Shown here one piece after another: positions 11,009 through 21,729 of a stretch of 64,000 nt of DNA. The stretch's first letter is position 1; each line of letters begins with the position of its first letter. The stretch is from a virus. The position numbers and the translations under genes were made by a program. Where the stretch lies: the IMG/VR virus record IMGVR_UViG_3300050014_000899, one strand, 5' to 3'. The notes under the pieces were generated by a model. That model ran no database searches, had not been told where the DNA came from, and saw only the letters and a list, made by a program, of their open reading frames with translations.

Positions 11009-11551
11009 ATGAAAGCAAGCGAGTACATAAACAAAAAACCGGAGCTTCAATATAAAGAACCAAAAAAGAGGTTCTTTACAGGAGACAATGTTTCAAAGAT
11101 TATTGGAAATATGGTCTCTCTTGTGATAGTTTTTCTTTTGCTATCTACCGGAAAATGGGCTATGGAATTTATGATTGATCACCAGCCAGTTAAATTAACA
11201 CAGGCTCAAATTGATAGTGCTGTTGTAAAACTGGTAAAACCTGATACTGTTCGCATTGTAAAACCAGACACTCTTACCATTCCGGTTGAATACAAATATG
11301 TTGACTCTCGTTTTACAAGTAACGGGGACACAACTTATTGGTTTCTTACAGGTCGTTTGTTTGGCCCAAATGATTATTCATATGGAATGACACGAGTAAT
11401 AAAGCTTCCCTATTCTCATTTTGATTTTTATCAAGCCACTCAAATGATTATTAAAAGGGATTCCAAAGCCAATGATGCTGTTATTGAATATTTTTCTCAG
11501 ATTTCCAAAGCAACTTTTATTAGTTACAACAAATATGCAAAACATAGTTAA
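11009..11551 (+). CDS. hypothetical membrane-anchored protein
   Basis: One hydrophobic segment and a VKPDT repeat. Confidence 0.6.
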   Translation: MKASEYINKKPELQYKEPKKRFFTGDNVSKIIGNMVSLVIVFLLLSTGKWAMEFMIDHQPVKLTQAQIDSAVVKLVKPDTVRIVKPDTLTIPVEYKYVDSRFTSNGDTTYWFLTGRLFGPNDYSYGMTRVIKLPYSHFDFYQATQMIIKRDSKANDAVIEYFSQISKATFISYNKYAKHS

Positions 11552-11552
11552 A

Positions 11553-13520
11553 ATGAAAAGAAACTTAACAATTTTATTCCTGTTTATCTCTCTGAACCTA
11601 TTTGCTCAGAAATCGATATTGGATACAATTCAAATAAAAGAGGTAGTTGTTACCGGATCTCATACAGCTTCAAAGGAAACTCCTTTCACAGTTCAAAATC
11701 TTGATTCTAAGGATATTAGTTTGAGATGCATTGGAGCAGAACCTGCTACGGTTTTATCCTCCACTCCCTCTGTTACCTTTTATTCAGATAATGGTTCTGG
11801 AACGGGCTATAATTATTATCGTCTAAGAGGAATCGATCAGACTCGTATAAATTCCACTCTTAATGGGGTTCCTCTTAATGAACCGGAAGACCAGGGAATT
11901 TACTACAATAACTTTGGCGGATTTCTAAATGCTGTTTCTGGTATACAGATAATTAGAGGTGCTGGGCTTTCCAAGCCCGGGGTTTCTTCTTATGGTGGAA
12001 GCATTGATTTTACATCTCTTGAATTCTCTAAAAAATGGAGTGGAGTTGCTCAAGTTACCGGAGGATCTTACAATACTCGACAAATAAACGGTCTTATAAA
12101 TAGCCCCAATTTCTTTCTTCAGTTTAATAAAAGCTATACTGATGGATACAAAGAAAGATCCCAAAATAGCACTAATTCAGCATTTTACGGAGGAAAAATA
12201 TCTAAGGGAAATAATGAATTTAAACTCTATGGCTTTGTAGGAGAACAGGAAAATGGTATGGCCTGGATGGGGGAACCGCTTGACAGTATAAAGAAAAATC
12301 CCAGATATAATTCTAATACTGATAAAGAAGTCGATCATTTTTTAGAAGTTCACAATCAGCTTAATTGGAAGAATGGAATTGTTCAAGCTACAGTTTATCA
12401 CACTTACTTAGATGGATGGTATACAACTGATATGGGGCATTTTGACCCTTCCCATAAAATGGGGGACTTGATTAATAAATTAGCTCTTAAATCTAATTGG
12501 TTTGGAACAAATTTAAATATCCAACCAAAATTAGGATTTCTTTATACCAACTTTGGATTAAGTGCTTACACGTATACTCGCGATCATGCAGGATCTTATA
12601 ATAAATACAATCCAGCGGAACCTTGGTATTATTCTTATAACAACTCAGGAACTAAAAATGAATTTGCCCCTTATGCAAAAGCCGAAATAAAACTTGGAGG
12701 ATTTGCTATTTATGGGGATGCTCAATACCGATTATCCAGTTTTTCTTATAGTGGATTGATGCCATTCGAAACTCAAAAATATAAATTCTTCAATTGGAGT
12801 GGCGGTATGTCCATGTCAACTGGCAACAAATCCTCAGCTTATTATGGGGTTGGTTTAACCCACAGAGAACCTTCAAGGTCTGATATGTTTGCAGGGATTG
12901 ACGATTTGGATACTTCCATGATAGTCAACATATTACCAGAACAGGCTTTAAGTAATGAGCTTGGATGGAAATATAGGGATGGCGATATTGCATTCAATGC
13001 AAATCTTTATTATATGGACTTTAAAAACGAGATAGTTCTTAATGGAAAAGTGGGCCCAAACTCTTTACTTCTTCACCAAAATGCTGCTAAATCTTTTAGA
13101 AGCGGACTGGAAATAGATGCTTCATGGAATATAAATCCATTATGGACCTTATCTACGACTAACTCATTCTCCTACAATCGAATAAAACAAAATGGAGAAA
13201 CATTTCAGCCAGTTTTAACTCCTTCAATAATGCTAAGTGGAGACATCATGTTTAATGTATGTAGGAGCGTGTATACGGGACTCAATGCAAGTTACATCGG
13301 TAAATCTTACATTGACTTTTCGAATGAGCACCAATTACCCTCCAATACCTCAGCAAACATTTATGCAGGGGTCAATTGGAAACAGTTTTCAATCCGAGGA
13401 GAAATCTATAATATTTTGGATCAGGTTAGTTTTGCCAGTGCTGTTATGTCCGGATCAGAACCAAGATACTTCGTACAATCCAGAAGAAGCGGGATATTAT
13501 CATTAACCTATAAATTTTAA
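11553..13520 (+). CDS. TonB-dependent outer-membrane receptor (Bacteroidota vitamin-uptake type)
   Basis: Signal peptide from ATG at 11553, TonB box EVVVTG, plug RLRGIDQTRIN..NGVPLN, C-terminal LTYKF. Confidence 0.92.
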   Translation: MKRNLTILFLFISLNLFAQKSILDTIQIKEVVVTGSHTASKETPFTVQNLDSKDISLRCIGAEPATVLSSTPSVTFYSDNGSGTGYNYYRLRGIDQTRINSTLNGVPLNEPEDQGIYYNNFGGFLNAVSGIQIIRGAGLSKPGVSSYGGSIDFTSLEFSKKWSGVAQVTGGSYNTRQINGLINSPNFFLQFNKSYTDGYKERSQNSTNSAFYGGKISKGNNEFKLYGFVGEQENGMAWMGEPLDSIKKNPRYNSNTDKEVDHFLEVHNQLNWKNGIVQATVYHTYLDGWYTTDMGHFDPSHKMGDLINKLALKSNWFGTNLNIQPKLGFLYTNFGLSAYTYTRDHAGSYNKYNPAEPWYYSYNNSGTKNEFAPYAKAEIKLGGFAIYGDAQYRLSSFSYSGLMPFETQKYKFFNWSGGMSMSTGNKSSAYYGVGLTHREPSRSDMFAGIDDLDTSMIVNILPEQALSNELGWKYRDGDIAFNANLYYMDFKNEIVLNGKVGPNSLLLHQNAAKSFRSGLEIDASWNINPLWTLSTTNSFSYNRIKQNGETFQPVLTPSIMLSGDIMFNVCRSVYTGLNASYIGKSYIDFSNEHQLPSNTSANIYAGVNWKQFSIRGEIYNILDQVSFASAVMSGSEPRYFVQSRRSGILSLTYKF

Positions 13521-13524
13521 AATC

Positions 13525-13878
13525 ATGTTAGACGCATCAGGTCCAGCAAAAGAAATCAAGCCGATATTACCGAAAGAAATAGACGATGCTAAATCGGCAA
13601 CAGTCCATCCAAAGCTTATTGAAGCTGCCAACAATCTGATTGTTAAGGAATGGAATGGATATAGTGCTAATTTCAAGTTGAAAGAATTGGTTGCTGAATT
13701 TGTCAGGATTACTGAAGATGAGGTAACTGAATCTGCTAAAAGTCGGGTTTATAAAGACCAGAATTTGAATATTGAAGATATTTTCCGTAAAGCTGGATGG
13801 AAAGTCAATTATGACAGTCCAGGTTACAATGAAAGCTACGATGCTTATTTTGAATTCACAAAAAAGAAAAAATCATGA
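13525..13878 (+). CDS. hypothetical phage protein
   Basis: Co-directional ORF. Confidence 0.65.
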   Translation: MLDASGPAKEIKPILPKEIDDAKSATVHPKLIEAANNLIVKEWNGYSANFKLKELVAEFVRITEDEVTESAKSRVYKDQNLNIEDIFRKAGWKVNYDSPGYNESYDAYFEFTKKKKS

Positions 13879-14393
13879 ATGCAATGACAATTGGAATGTT
13901 TGGAACCTGCGGTGGTTCAAAATGGAGAGATCGTTTTATAAAAGAATATCAATCTCAGGGTATACCTTTCTTTAATCCTCAGAAGGATAATTGGAAACCT
14001 GAAGATGCAATAACAGAAGCAGAACATCTGGCCAATGATAGAATTATGCTATTTCCAGTTACTGATGAAACTTATGCTTTTGGGAGTCTCGGAGAGGTTG
14101 GCTTTTCTATTCTGAATGCCCTCAAACTTAATTCAAATAGGGAAATAATCGTAATGATCGATCCTGAGGTCAATGTTGAACACGAGAATGCAGTACTTGC
14201 AGAGATCATCATGTATGATGCCCAGAAAAAAGATAGCTTGAGAGCAAGAAAGCTTGTAATGGAGCATCTCCGCAAAATTAGTCATCCAAATGTTTATATG
14301 GTAGACAACCTTGCAGACATGCTTTGGCTTAGCATAGATCTTTACAATCTTCAGATTCTTAAAGATTCTGCCAGAAAAAAATACGCAATATAA
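13875..14393 (+). CDS. nucleoside 2-deoxyribosyltransferase-like protein
   Basis: GTCGGSKWR, FFNPQxxxW and SLGE pattern. Confidence 0.75.
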   Translation: MNAMTIGMFGTCGGSKWRDRFIKEYQSQGIPFFNPQKDNWKPEDAITEAEHLANDRIMLFPVTDETYAFGSLGEVGFSILNALKLNSNREIIVMIDPEVNVEHENAVLAEIIMYDAQKKDSLRARKLVMEHLRKISHPNVYMVDNLADMLWLSIDLYNLQILKDSARKKYAI

Positions 14394-14427
14394 TTTTTTA
14401 TTCAAGGAATAATTAGTACATTTGGAT

Positions 14428-14952
14428 ATGAAAGAAATTGAAGGCAATCTTATTGCTTTAATGAAAGAGTTTAAATTCCAGGTTATGGCTCATGGTGCAA
14501 ATTGTTTTTGTACGATGGGTGCTGGTATAGCTAAGCAGGTAAGGGAAGAATTTCCAGAAGCATGGGAAGCTGATCAGAAAACAATCAAAGGAGATATTAC
14601 TAAGCTTGGCAATTATACTTTTGCCGACTATCGCTGGAATGGCCAATTTGCTTTCAGAGTGATAAATGCTTACACACAATATGGTCACAATCCTCTTGAA
14701 AAACCTTTCGATTATGAAGCTTTCACACTTTGCATGAGAAAGATCAATTTTAATCATAAAGGAATGACAATAGGCTTGCCTCTTATTGGTGCAGGTTTAG
14801 CCAGGGGTAATTGGGCAAGAATTGACCAAATCATCAAGGATGAATTAAAAGATATGGATGTTACCATTGTCAAATATGTTCCTTATGGTGCTGAAAATGC
14901 CAATAAAATCAATCAACTTTTGAAAAGCTTTGATGATGGGCAGACCAAGTAA
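14428..14952 (+). CDS. macro domain protein (ADP-ribose processing)
   Basis: AHGANCFCTMGAGIA, NAYTQ, PLIGAGLARGNW. Confidence 0.92.
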   Translation: MKEIEGNLIALMKEFKFQVMAHGANCFCTMGAGIAKQVREEFPEAWEADQKTIKGDITKLGNYTFADYRWNGQFAFRVINAYTQYGHNPLEKPFDYEAFTLCMRKINFNHKGMTIGLPLIGAGLARGNWARIDQIIKDELKDMDVTIVKYVPYGAENANKINQLLKSFDDGQTK

Positions 14953-15393
14953 ATATCCTCGATTCGTTATGATGATGCAAGATGGCAAGAAAGGATGTGC
15001 CATGATATTGCAGAGAAATGATGATTATGGAACACGAAGACCTGAATGGGAATATTGGAGGGATGGGGGTGAATGGGGAATCCATATTCGAGAGGAAAAT
15101 GGAAAACTGGTTTCAGATGCAAAACGTTATGGCGAGGATCTTCAATATTTGGATGGACAAGAATTAATTCCGATCACTGAAGCCGAATGGAAAGAAGATA
15201 ACGGACGATATGCTAGAAGTTTAAAAACCCACAAAAAAATAAAGACCGATGAACTTCCTTATTAGTCTTATAATCATTATCATTGCTATAGAATTCATTT
15301 ACAAGCCAAGATTAGACTTGACCGTAAATAAAAATTTAATTCTATGGTATGGGAGAAAAAAGAGAACCCCTATAATTTTACACTGTTTTTAAA

Positions 15394-15705
15394 ATGGACT
15401 TTGAAAGACATACAGAAGACCCTCTAAAATCGATGGGTATTGGAGTTGATGCTCGATTAAAAGATCTAGGGTGTAAATTCGTACGTACTCAGCATGGGGA
15501 GCCTATTTTTGTTAAAGGGGATGATCCCCAGACAACTGTTTCGGTTAGACCTGTAAATTGGAATGCTGAACAATTAAGAGCTATAGCAGATTATTTAGAT
15601 GCTCATCCTGAAGCTAATAAATGTATTGAGGTTATAGGGGAAGATAATTCCGCATTAAATGCACTGAAAAAATATACTCAAGCTTGCTCCGCTGGTCTTG
15701 GATGA
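15394..15705 (+). CDS. hypothetical protein with shared N-terminal FxR..DP..xIG motif
   Basis: MDFERHTEDPLKSMGIG. Confidence 0.7.
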   Translation: MDFERHTEDPLKSMGIGVDARLKDLGCKFVRTQHGEPIFVKGDDPQTTVSVRPVNWNAEQLRAIADYLDAHPEANKCIEVIGEDNSALNALKKYTQACSAGLG

Positions 15706-15827
15706 AATTAATGATGAACTGGATGCATTTGGAAATTGATAAATTATGATAAAAGGATTTGCACCCTTATGTCCTTTATGAAATAGCCAAAAACTTTATT
15801 TATTTTCGGATATATAAAATAAAAACA

Positions 15828-16607
15828 ATGTATATTCCGGAATTTGAAACAATTAAAATTGAAATTAATAATTATCAAAATAGGGGATTTTTCTCTAAAC
15901 TTTTAAATAAGGAGGTACGGGTAGGAGAAATTGTTGATGTTCATTGGTTATTATTGAGGAAAACCCATTATCGAAGAAATAAGATAAAGATAAAATGTGA
16001 TGGGTGTTCTTCTATAATAGAAAGAGAAATTAGGCATTTAAATATAAATAATTTTAATCATTTTTGCAAAAAATGTTCTAAAATAGGGAATAAAAATCCT
16101 GCATTTGGAAAACCCCAACACCCAAATATTGCAAAAGGGTTAAAAGATTTTATGGATGAATTTGGAAATCCGTCTACATGGGAATCAACAAAAGAAAAAT
16201 TAAGGGAAAAAAGAAAATTACAGGTGATGCCCAAAGGCTGGCATGCATCGGAGGAGACAAAAAAAAGAATGAGTGCCGGAATTAGATTAGCTTATAAAGA
16301 AGGGAGAATTTCGCCTTCTAAAAAATGGGGAAATTCAAAAATATTATTTTATAATGAAATTGGTTATCAAAGTACTTATGAATTAAAATTTTTAAAATAT
16401 TGTGAGGGAATAGGAATATTTGATAAAATTGAAAGGGGGCCTAAGATTCAATATATCGGATTAGATGGAAAATCGCATACATATTTTGTAGATTATAAAT
16501 TAAAAAATAGCAATAAAATTTTTGAAATAAAAAGTTCTTATATTTATAATAAACACCCTAAAATAACAGAATTGAAAAAAGAAGCAGCTTCTAAATTATA
16601 TGATTAA
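15828..16607 (+). CDS. putative homing endonuclease (Zn ribbon, NUMOD3, PD-(D/E)xK/TnsA-like)
   Basis: CxxC pairs, HASEETKKRMS, STYELKF..YFVDY..FEIKS; ATATATA promoter. Confidence 0.8.
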   Translation: MYIPEFETIKIEINNYQNRGFFSKLLNKEVRVGEIVDVHWLLLRKTHYRRNKIKIKCDGCSSIIEREIRHLNINNFNHFCKKCSKIGNKNPAFGKPQHPNIAKGLKDFMDEFGNPSTWESTKEKLREKRKLQVMPKGWHASEETKKRMSAGIRLAYKEGRISPSKKWGNSKILFYNEIGYQSTYELKFLKYCEGIGIFDKIERGPKIQYIGLDGKSHTYFVDYKLKNSNKIFEIKSSYIYNKHPKITELKKEAASKLYD

Positions 16608-17604
16608 AGGATTTGTTTGTGGGAAATGGAGTCCATTTCACAAGGGACATGAAGCATTAATTGATTATGCTAAATCTAATTGTGATCAATTAACTATTTT
16701 GATCACAACTCTTCCTGATGAAACTATTCCATATAAATATCGTCTTAAATGGATTCTTTCCACTTATCTTGATGATCCTAAAGTGGATATTTTGGCAGAC
16801 GTAATAGAAGAACCTGATATTCAAGGTGATGCTCTTTCAGGATGGTGGGGAAATTATGTAAAGTCTAAATATGGCCAATTTGATCGAGTATTCACTTCAG
16901 AAGATTATGGAGATGTGTTTGCTAAATCAATGGGAGCTGTTCACTGGAATTTTAATCAGGGCCGAACCATTGTTCCTGTAAGTGCTACTATAATTCGAAA
17001 CAAACCATTTAAATATTGGGACTACATTAATAGTTTTGCCAAAGATTATTTCGTTAAGAAGATTGCTATTGTTGGAACTGAATCAACTGGTAAGACCACA
17101 ATGTGCAAGAGATTAGCAGAAAAATATAATACGGTTTGGGTTCCTGAAATGGGTAGAGAATTAGTTCCGGATACCAGAAAATGTACCGTAGATGATCTTA
17201 AATTGGTTGCTTCGGAACATGCCAAAAGTATTATCAGACATACTCGTTTAGCTAACAAACTTCTTTTCATAGACACGGATGTTAATATCACTAAGAGTTA
17301 TTCTGAATTCTTATTTGGCAAATCTCTTAAGGTTGAACCCTGGGTAGAAAAAGCAAACGATGTAGATTATTACATCTACTTATCCCCAGATGCCCCGTAT
17401 GTGAATGATGGAACTAGAATCGAAAAAGATAGAAGAGACGAACTCGATAAGAGCCACCATAAAATGTTAAATAGAAAATTATTACATGAATTTAGGTGGA
17501 ATTCAGGAGGATATAATGAATTTACAGCTGAACAAAAATACGAAGAAAGATTCAAAGAAGTAACATATCACTTGAATCAATTCATTTATACATTCCAAGA
17601 TTAA
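16600..17604 (+). CDS. nadR: NadR-type NMN adenylyltransferase / ribosylnicotinamide kinase
   Basis: PFHKGH (HxGH), VSATIIR and P-loop GTESTGKTT; no N-terminal HTH. Confidence 0.93.
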   Translation: MIKGFVCGKWSPFHKGHEALIDYAKSNCDQLTILITTLPDETIPYKYRLKWILSTYLDDPKVDILADVIEEPDIQGDALSGWWGNYVKSKYGQFDRVFTSEDYGDVFAKSMGAVHWNFNQGRTIVPVSATIIRNKPFKYWDYINSFAKDYFVKKIAIVGTESTGKTTMCKRLAEKYNTVWVPEMGRELVPDTRKCTVDDLKLVASEHAKSIIRHTRLANKLLFIDTDVNITKSYSEFLFGKSLKVEPWVEKANDVDYYIYLSPDAPYVNDGTRIEKDRRDELDKSHHKMLNRKLLHEFRWNSGGYNEFTAEQKYEERFKEVTYHLNQFIYTFQD

Positions 17605-18441
17605 TGCTGGAATTTCCATTACCTGATCCTGAGAATGACGATCCATTTGGGGTAAAAGATTTGATGGATCAATTAAGGAAGGATGCGCCTAATCTCTCAG
17701 AAGAAGAATTTGATAGAAGACAATCGGAATTACTTGATATAGCGGGGTTTAGAAAGGTTCAGGAACGCCCGGATTTAATGAATGGATGGGTTGAACCAGA
17801 TGGAACTTTTCATAGATTGCTTAAACCAGATTGGCATGAAATGTGGTCTCTTGAGAAGTTTGGTATAAGACACAGAGAATTAATGTATAGGGGATGGGTT
17901 AAAGTTACCCAATGGGATAGGCAAGATAAATCCGTTGGCATGTATTTTACAGAACTCACTCCAGAACAAGAAAATAAATTAAAGGAACTAAACGTTAGAT
18001 TTTCAGAAATTTCAAGATTTTATTAATATGAGCAAAAAACACACAGTTTCTATCGAATCCCATAGCGGGATGGATAAAAGATTTGAAATGAATTTCCCAG
18101 GAGACTTACTGGTTTATGTTGATTACGATGATGTAGATCATGACTCCGTAGATGCTGCTGTTAAAGCATTAAAAGAAATTGTTGAAAAACATTGGGATGA
18201 AAAGGTATTCAAAAAATACTACATCAAAGAAGTAATGATCAGATGGGGAGAAAATGAATATGATCTTCAAGGAGATTATGAAGGCGGGTTAGAAGAATAT
18301 CTATCCGACCACAATTTTTCCGAAAAAGAGATAAAAGAAATCATTGAAGACTATCCCCCGGCGCTGTGTCCCGGATGAAATTATCTGAATTGATAAAACT
18401 TTTCGTCGCTATGTCCATATTATAGACCTAATGCTTTAAAA

Positions 18442-19068
18442 ATGCCCGAGAGAGGTTTGGTTACACAAAGTGGAAAATCATATAATTATCTGGAAAATAT
18501 AATTTTTCAGGATGGAGATATTTTAATAACGAAAAATGAGTTTCCGTCTAAGGATGCTATAGTTCTTTTTCTAATCGAGTATCTGGAAGAATGCATGGAA
18601 GAGGTAAATAGTCACAGTCAGCAAAATATAATGTTTGTTCTTAAGACCTGGTTTCGATTATTTGACCGATCGGATCTACAAGAATATGATGTCCAATATA
18701 TGTATCAATTATATGATGACTTTATAGTAGGAAATGAATTTCCCAAATTAAGCTTGGAGTTAGCGGGATCTTTTGTTACCGGAATTACTAAAATAAAAAA
18801 TCAAGCTATAGAGTATAATTTTGGTCAATCGGGACGTATTTTCAGCTATAAAAAAATCACGGAAACTATTAGGGAAAGAATAGAGGATATAAAAAGGGGT
18901 CAAATCATAGATAAAATTCAGGATACCTCCTTTTCATTGGATGGAAATATAGGAATGGTTATTAAAAGTTCGACAGAAATTTGGATTAAATTTATTCTTT
19001 CTGAAAATTCTCGACCGTATAAGCCATATGACGATTTGGAAAATCTTATGCCTCTGAATAGTTGGTAA
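18442..19068 (+). CDS. hypothetical protein
   Basis: 208 aa ORF. Confidence 0.65.
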   Translation: MPERGLVTQSGKSYNYLENIIFQDGDILITKNEFPSKDAIVLFLIEYLEECMEEVNSHSQQNIMFVLKTWFRLFDRSDLQEYDVQYMYQLYDDFIVGNEFPKLSLELAGSFVTGITKIKNQAIEYNFGQSGRIFSYKKITETIRERIEDIKRGQIIDKIQDTSFSLDGNIGMVIKSSTEIWIKFILSENSRPYKPYDDLENLMPLNSW

Positions 19069-19649
19069 TGTATTCGGGACTTATATATTGTGCTACCTCT
19101 CCTTCGAATAAAAAATATTATGGAAGAACCCGAAAATCTCTTCAATCAAGGATAAAGATCCATTTAAAAAATTCAAAGAATCAAAGATTTCCAAATGCTC
19201 TTCGAAAATATGGAAACTCCTCTTTTAAGTGGAATGTTATTGAGTCTTTCGAATTTGAATCAGAGAAAGAACTTGAAATAAAGCTCAATGAACGCGAAAC
19301 CTTTTGGATTAAAACGGATAAAACACTAAATCCAGAATATGGATACAATATGACTGAGGGCGGAGATCGAGGCCCTGCGAAAGGGATAAAACACAAAAAT
19401 CATACCCAACAGCATCGAGATCATATATCTGAAAGCAAAACAGGCATACCCATGGCCGAAAATACAAAAAAATTGCTTAGTTCTTTAAATATGGGGCATA
19501 CAAGACAATCAAACGGTCTAAATTCTCAAAAAGGAAAGAAATGGATGATAAATCCAGATAGAACACAAAGATCCCTGATTAAAATAGAGGAAACTCAAAA
19601 ATATCTGACGCTAGGTTGGGGTTTTGGAAGAAAACACATTAATAGATAA
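19068..19649 (+). CDS. GIY-YIG homing endonuclease
   Basis: MYSGLIYC..KKYYGRT, GYNMTEGG; paralog of 20153..20944. Confidence 0.9.
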   Translation: MYSGLIYCATSPSNKKYYGRTRKSLQSRIKIHLKNSKNQRFPNALRKYGNSSFKWNVIESFEFESEKELEIKLNERETFWIKTDKTLNPEYGYNMTEGGDRGPAKGIKHKNHTQQHRDHISESKTGIPMAENTKKLLSSLNMGHTRQSNGLNSQKGKKWMINPDRTQRSLIKIEETQKYLTLGWGFGRKHINR

Positions 19650-19685
19650 TAAAACATACGTTCTTTGAACATATTTAAAATTTAA

Positions 19686-19949
19686 AGTGTAGTAAGTGAT
19701 TTGCTTTACTTCGTACTAATTCTTGGCTTCGGTCAGGACTATGGGAGGATTCCCAGACACTATGTGATTATACTCATGTAAACGGCAAGTGACATGAGAA
19801 GCTTCGGCTTCAAAAAGGTCAGGAACTCAGAAAGGCTGGCAGGACGAATAAAATAAATCCTGTATCTGGGATGGTTTGGCAAGGTCCAGGTTTAAAAAAA
19901 TCTTCTAGAGATAGGAACTCTTAAAAACGCGCAACACCGGATTCTCACT
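19686..19949 (+). ncRNA. large Y-RNA-like structured RNA (copy 1)
   Basis: AGTG-TAGTAA..TTTACTTCG..GATTCT-CACT scaffold around many UUCG/GNRA hairpins. Confidence 0.65.
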
Positions 19950-19957
19950 CAATTTTA

Positions 19958-20081
19958 ATTATTAGCGATAACAAAACATATCTAGCACTGCTGCTCAACA
20001 TCACAGTTCCTATTTGCGGTCATTATGGGGTGAATTAAATTCACGGACAGAAGATTACGTAGGGTTGAGCCCGCTAATAAT
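19958..20081 (+). ncRNA. unknown structured RNA
   Basis: ATTATTAGCG/CGCTAATAAT and GCTCAAC/GTTGAGC helices. Confidence 0.5.
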
Positions 20082-20087
20082 ATAATC

Positions 20088-20132
20088 AAAAGGATCCATA
20101 GTTGGTGTTTAGCATTGACTATGGATTTTTTG
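20088..20132 (+). terminator. intrinsic terminator
   Basis: ATCCATAGTTGGTG/CATTGACTATGGAT stem followed by T-tract. Confidence 0.8.
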
Positions 20133-20152
20133 TGAATATATAAAATAAAACT

Positions 20153-20944
20153 ATGTATTCAGGACTTATCTATTGTATTGTTTCCAAAGATGGAAAAAAG
20201 TATTATGGAAAAACTATTCAGCCTTTTAAAATAAGAATTAAACAGCATTTAAATGAAAAAAGGAATTGCAAAATTTCTAATGCTTTAAAAAAATATGGAA
20301 AAGATGAGTTCACCTATAATATAATAGAAAAATATGAATTCATATCAAGAGAGGAACTAATTGATAGACTTAATCAAAGAGAAATATATTGGATAGATAA
20401 GGATCAAACTCAAAAAAATGGATATAACATGACTCCAGGAGGGGATCGGGGGTCAGATACAAGAGGAATGGTAAAAGTTATAGATCCAAATTCAGGACAA
20501 AAATATTTTGTATCCACTAAAGATTCTAGATATATTTCGGGACAATTAATTTCTGCAATGAAAGGATTTTTATCTGTTAAAGATTTAGATGGAATAAGAT
20601 ACAGAATAAAAATTGATGACCCTGAATATTTAAAAGGAGTCTTAGTTTCTGTAAATAAAGGAATTGGAAAGGTTTCCGGAATGAAAGATAAAAAAATGTC
20701 GGAAGAGGCAAAAGAAGAAATCCGAAAAAAACGAGAAGGGACAAAACTTTCCGATATAACAAAATATAATATTAGTAAATCTAATTTAAATCATAAACGA
20801 ATGTCAGGAGAAAAAAATTCTCATTATGGTAAAAAATGGATACTAAATCCTTCTAAAACTCAAAGAATTTTAATAGAAAAAGATAAAGCAGAAGAATATA
20901 TTGCGTTAGGATGGGTTTTTGGCAGAAAAATAATTAATAAATAA
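20153..20944 (+). CDS. GIY-YIG homing endonuclease
   Basis: MYSGLIYC..KKYYGKT, GYNMTPGG, NUMOD3. Confidence 0.9.
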   Translation: MYSGLIYCIVSKDGKKYYGKTIQPFKIRIKQHLNEKRNCKISNALKKYGKDEFTYNIIEKYEFISREELIDRLNQREIYWIDKDQTQKNGYNMTPGGDRGSDTRGMVKVIDPNSGQKYFVSTKDSRYISGQLISAMKGFLSVKDLDGIRYRIKIDDPEYLKGVLVSVNKGIGKVSGMKDKKMSEEAKEEIRKKREGTKLSDITKYNISKSNLNHKRMSGEKNSHYGKKWILNPSKTQRILIEKDKAEEYIALGWVFGRKIINK

Positions 20945-20964
20945 TCAAATATAAGTTCTTTTAA

Positions 20965-21208
20965 ATCTATAGTAAGTTGGCGTGATACATCGTTCGAGGA
21001 GCAATCCTCACAATAAAAATTCTTGCGTAAGCAAAATCAAAATTGATTCTACGACGATTGTCAATACAGAGCAGGAATTTTCCCACTGGGTTCGACAGCG
21101 AAAGCTTCGGTAGTTAGGCGACTTAATCTCGTACTAACCATTTTCCTAGGACGTGACGATCAAGAGAAGTTAAACTCTTTAAAATCTCACCCCACAATTT
21201 TCTTGGAT
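20965..21208 (+). ncRNA. large Y-RNA-like structured RNA (copy 2)
   Basis: ATCTA-TAGTAA..TACATCG..AATTTTCT-TGGAT scaffold. Confidence 0.62.
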
Positions 21209-21213
21209 AACAC

Positions 21214-21729
21214 TTAAAAGCCAGTAGGTCGCATAGCGTCCACTGGTTTTTTTATGGACTGTCGGAAAGCTCTTATTTTATCTTTAGCTTTATCAGAATG
21301 ATGCTGAAGCCCCGTTTTTCCTTTATTCCACGGGGTTCTTCCTAGATATGGTTTTAATTGTTCGTCAGATAGTTTTATTCCTTTATTCCAAGGCGAAATT
21401 CCTTTTTTTGCATCTTTCATTTTATCTAAAGATTCCCCATTAAGAAAAGTATATCCTCCTTTTGGATGAAGATTATATCCATTGGGGAATAAGGTATTAA
21501 ATTGATTAATATATCTTTCTTGAGCATCAAAAGCTTCTTGACGGGTTTCAAACCATTCTAATATTTCTTTAAAAAAGTTTTTCCTTTGATACTTTTTTAT
21601 AGCATTTTTTAGATAGGGTTTTCCGCTCCCAATATAATGGCATCTCTCATTCAATGTTATTGTATGATCCCCAATATATTGTTTCCCTGTAATTAAATTA
21701 GTAGTAATATAAACGTAATGCTCTTTCAT
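21214..21729 (-). CDS. GIY-YIG homing endonuclease, inverted orientation
   Basis: YVYITTNLITGKQYIGDH, PNGYN, PWNKG repeats; ATATATAAAAT upstream on the minus strand. Confidence 0.9.
   Translation of the reverse strand: MKEHYVYITTNLITGKQYIGDHTITLNERCHYIGSGKPYLKNAIKKYQRKNFFKEILEWFETRQEAFDAQERYINQFNTLFPNGYNLHPKGGYTFLNGESLDKMKDAKKGISPWNKGIKLSDEQLKPYLGRTPWNKGKTGLQHHSDKAKDKIRAFRQSIKKPVDAMRPTGF
21217..21253 (+). terminator. intrinsic terminator for the upstream RNA transcript
   Basis: AAAAGCCAGT..ACTGGTTTTTT. Confidence 0.65.
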
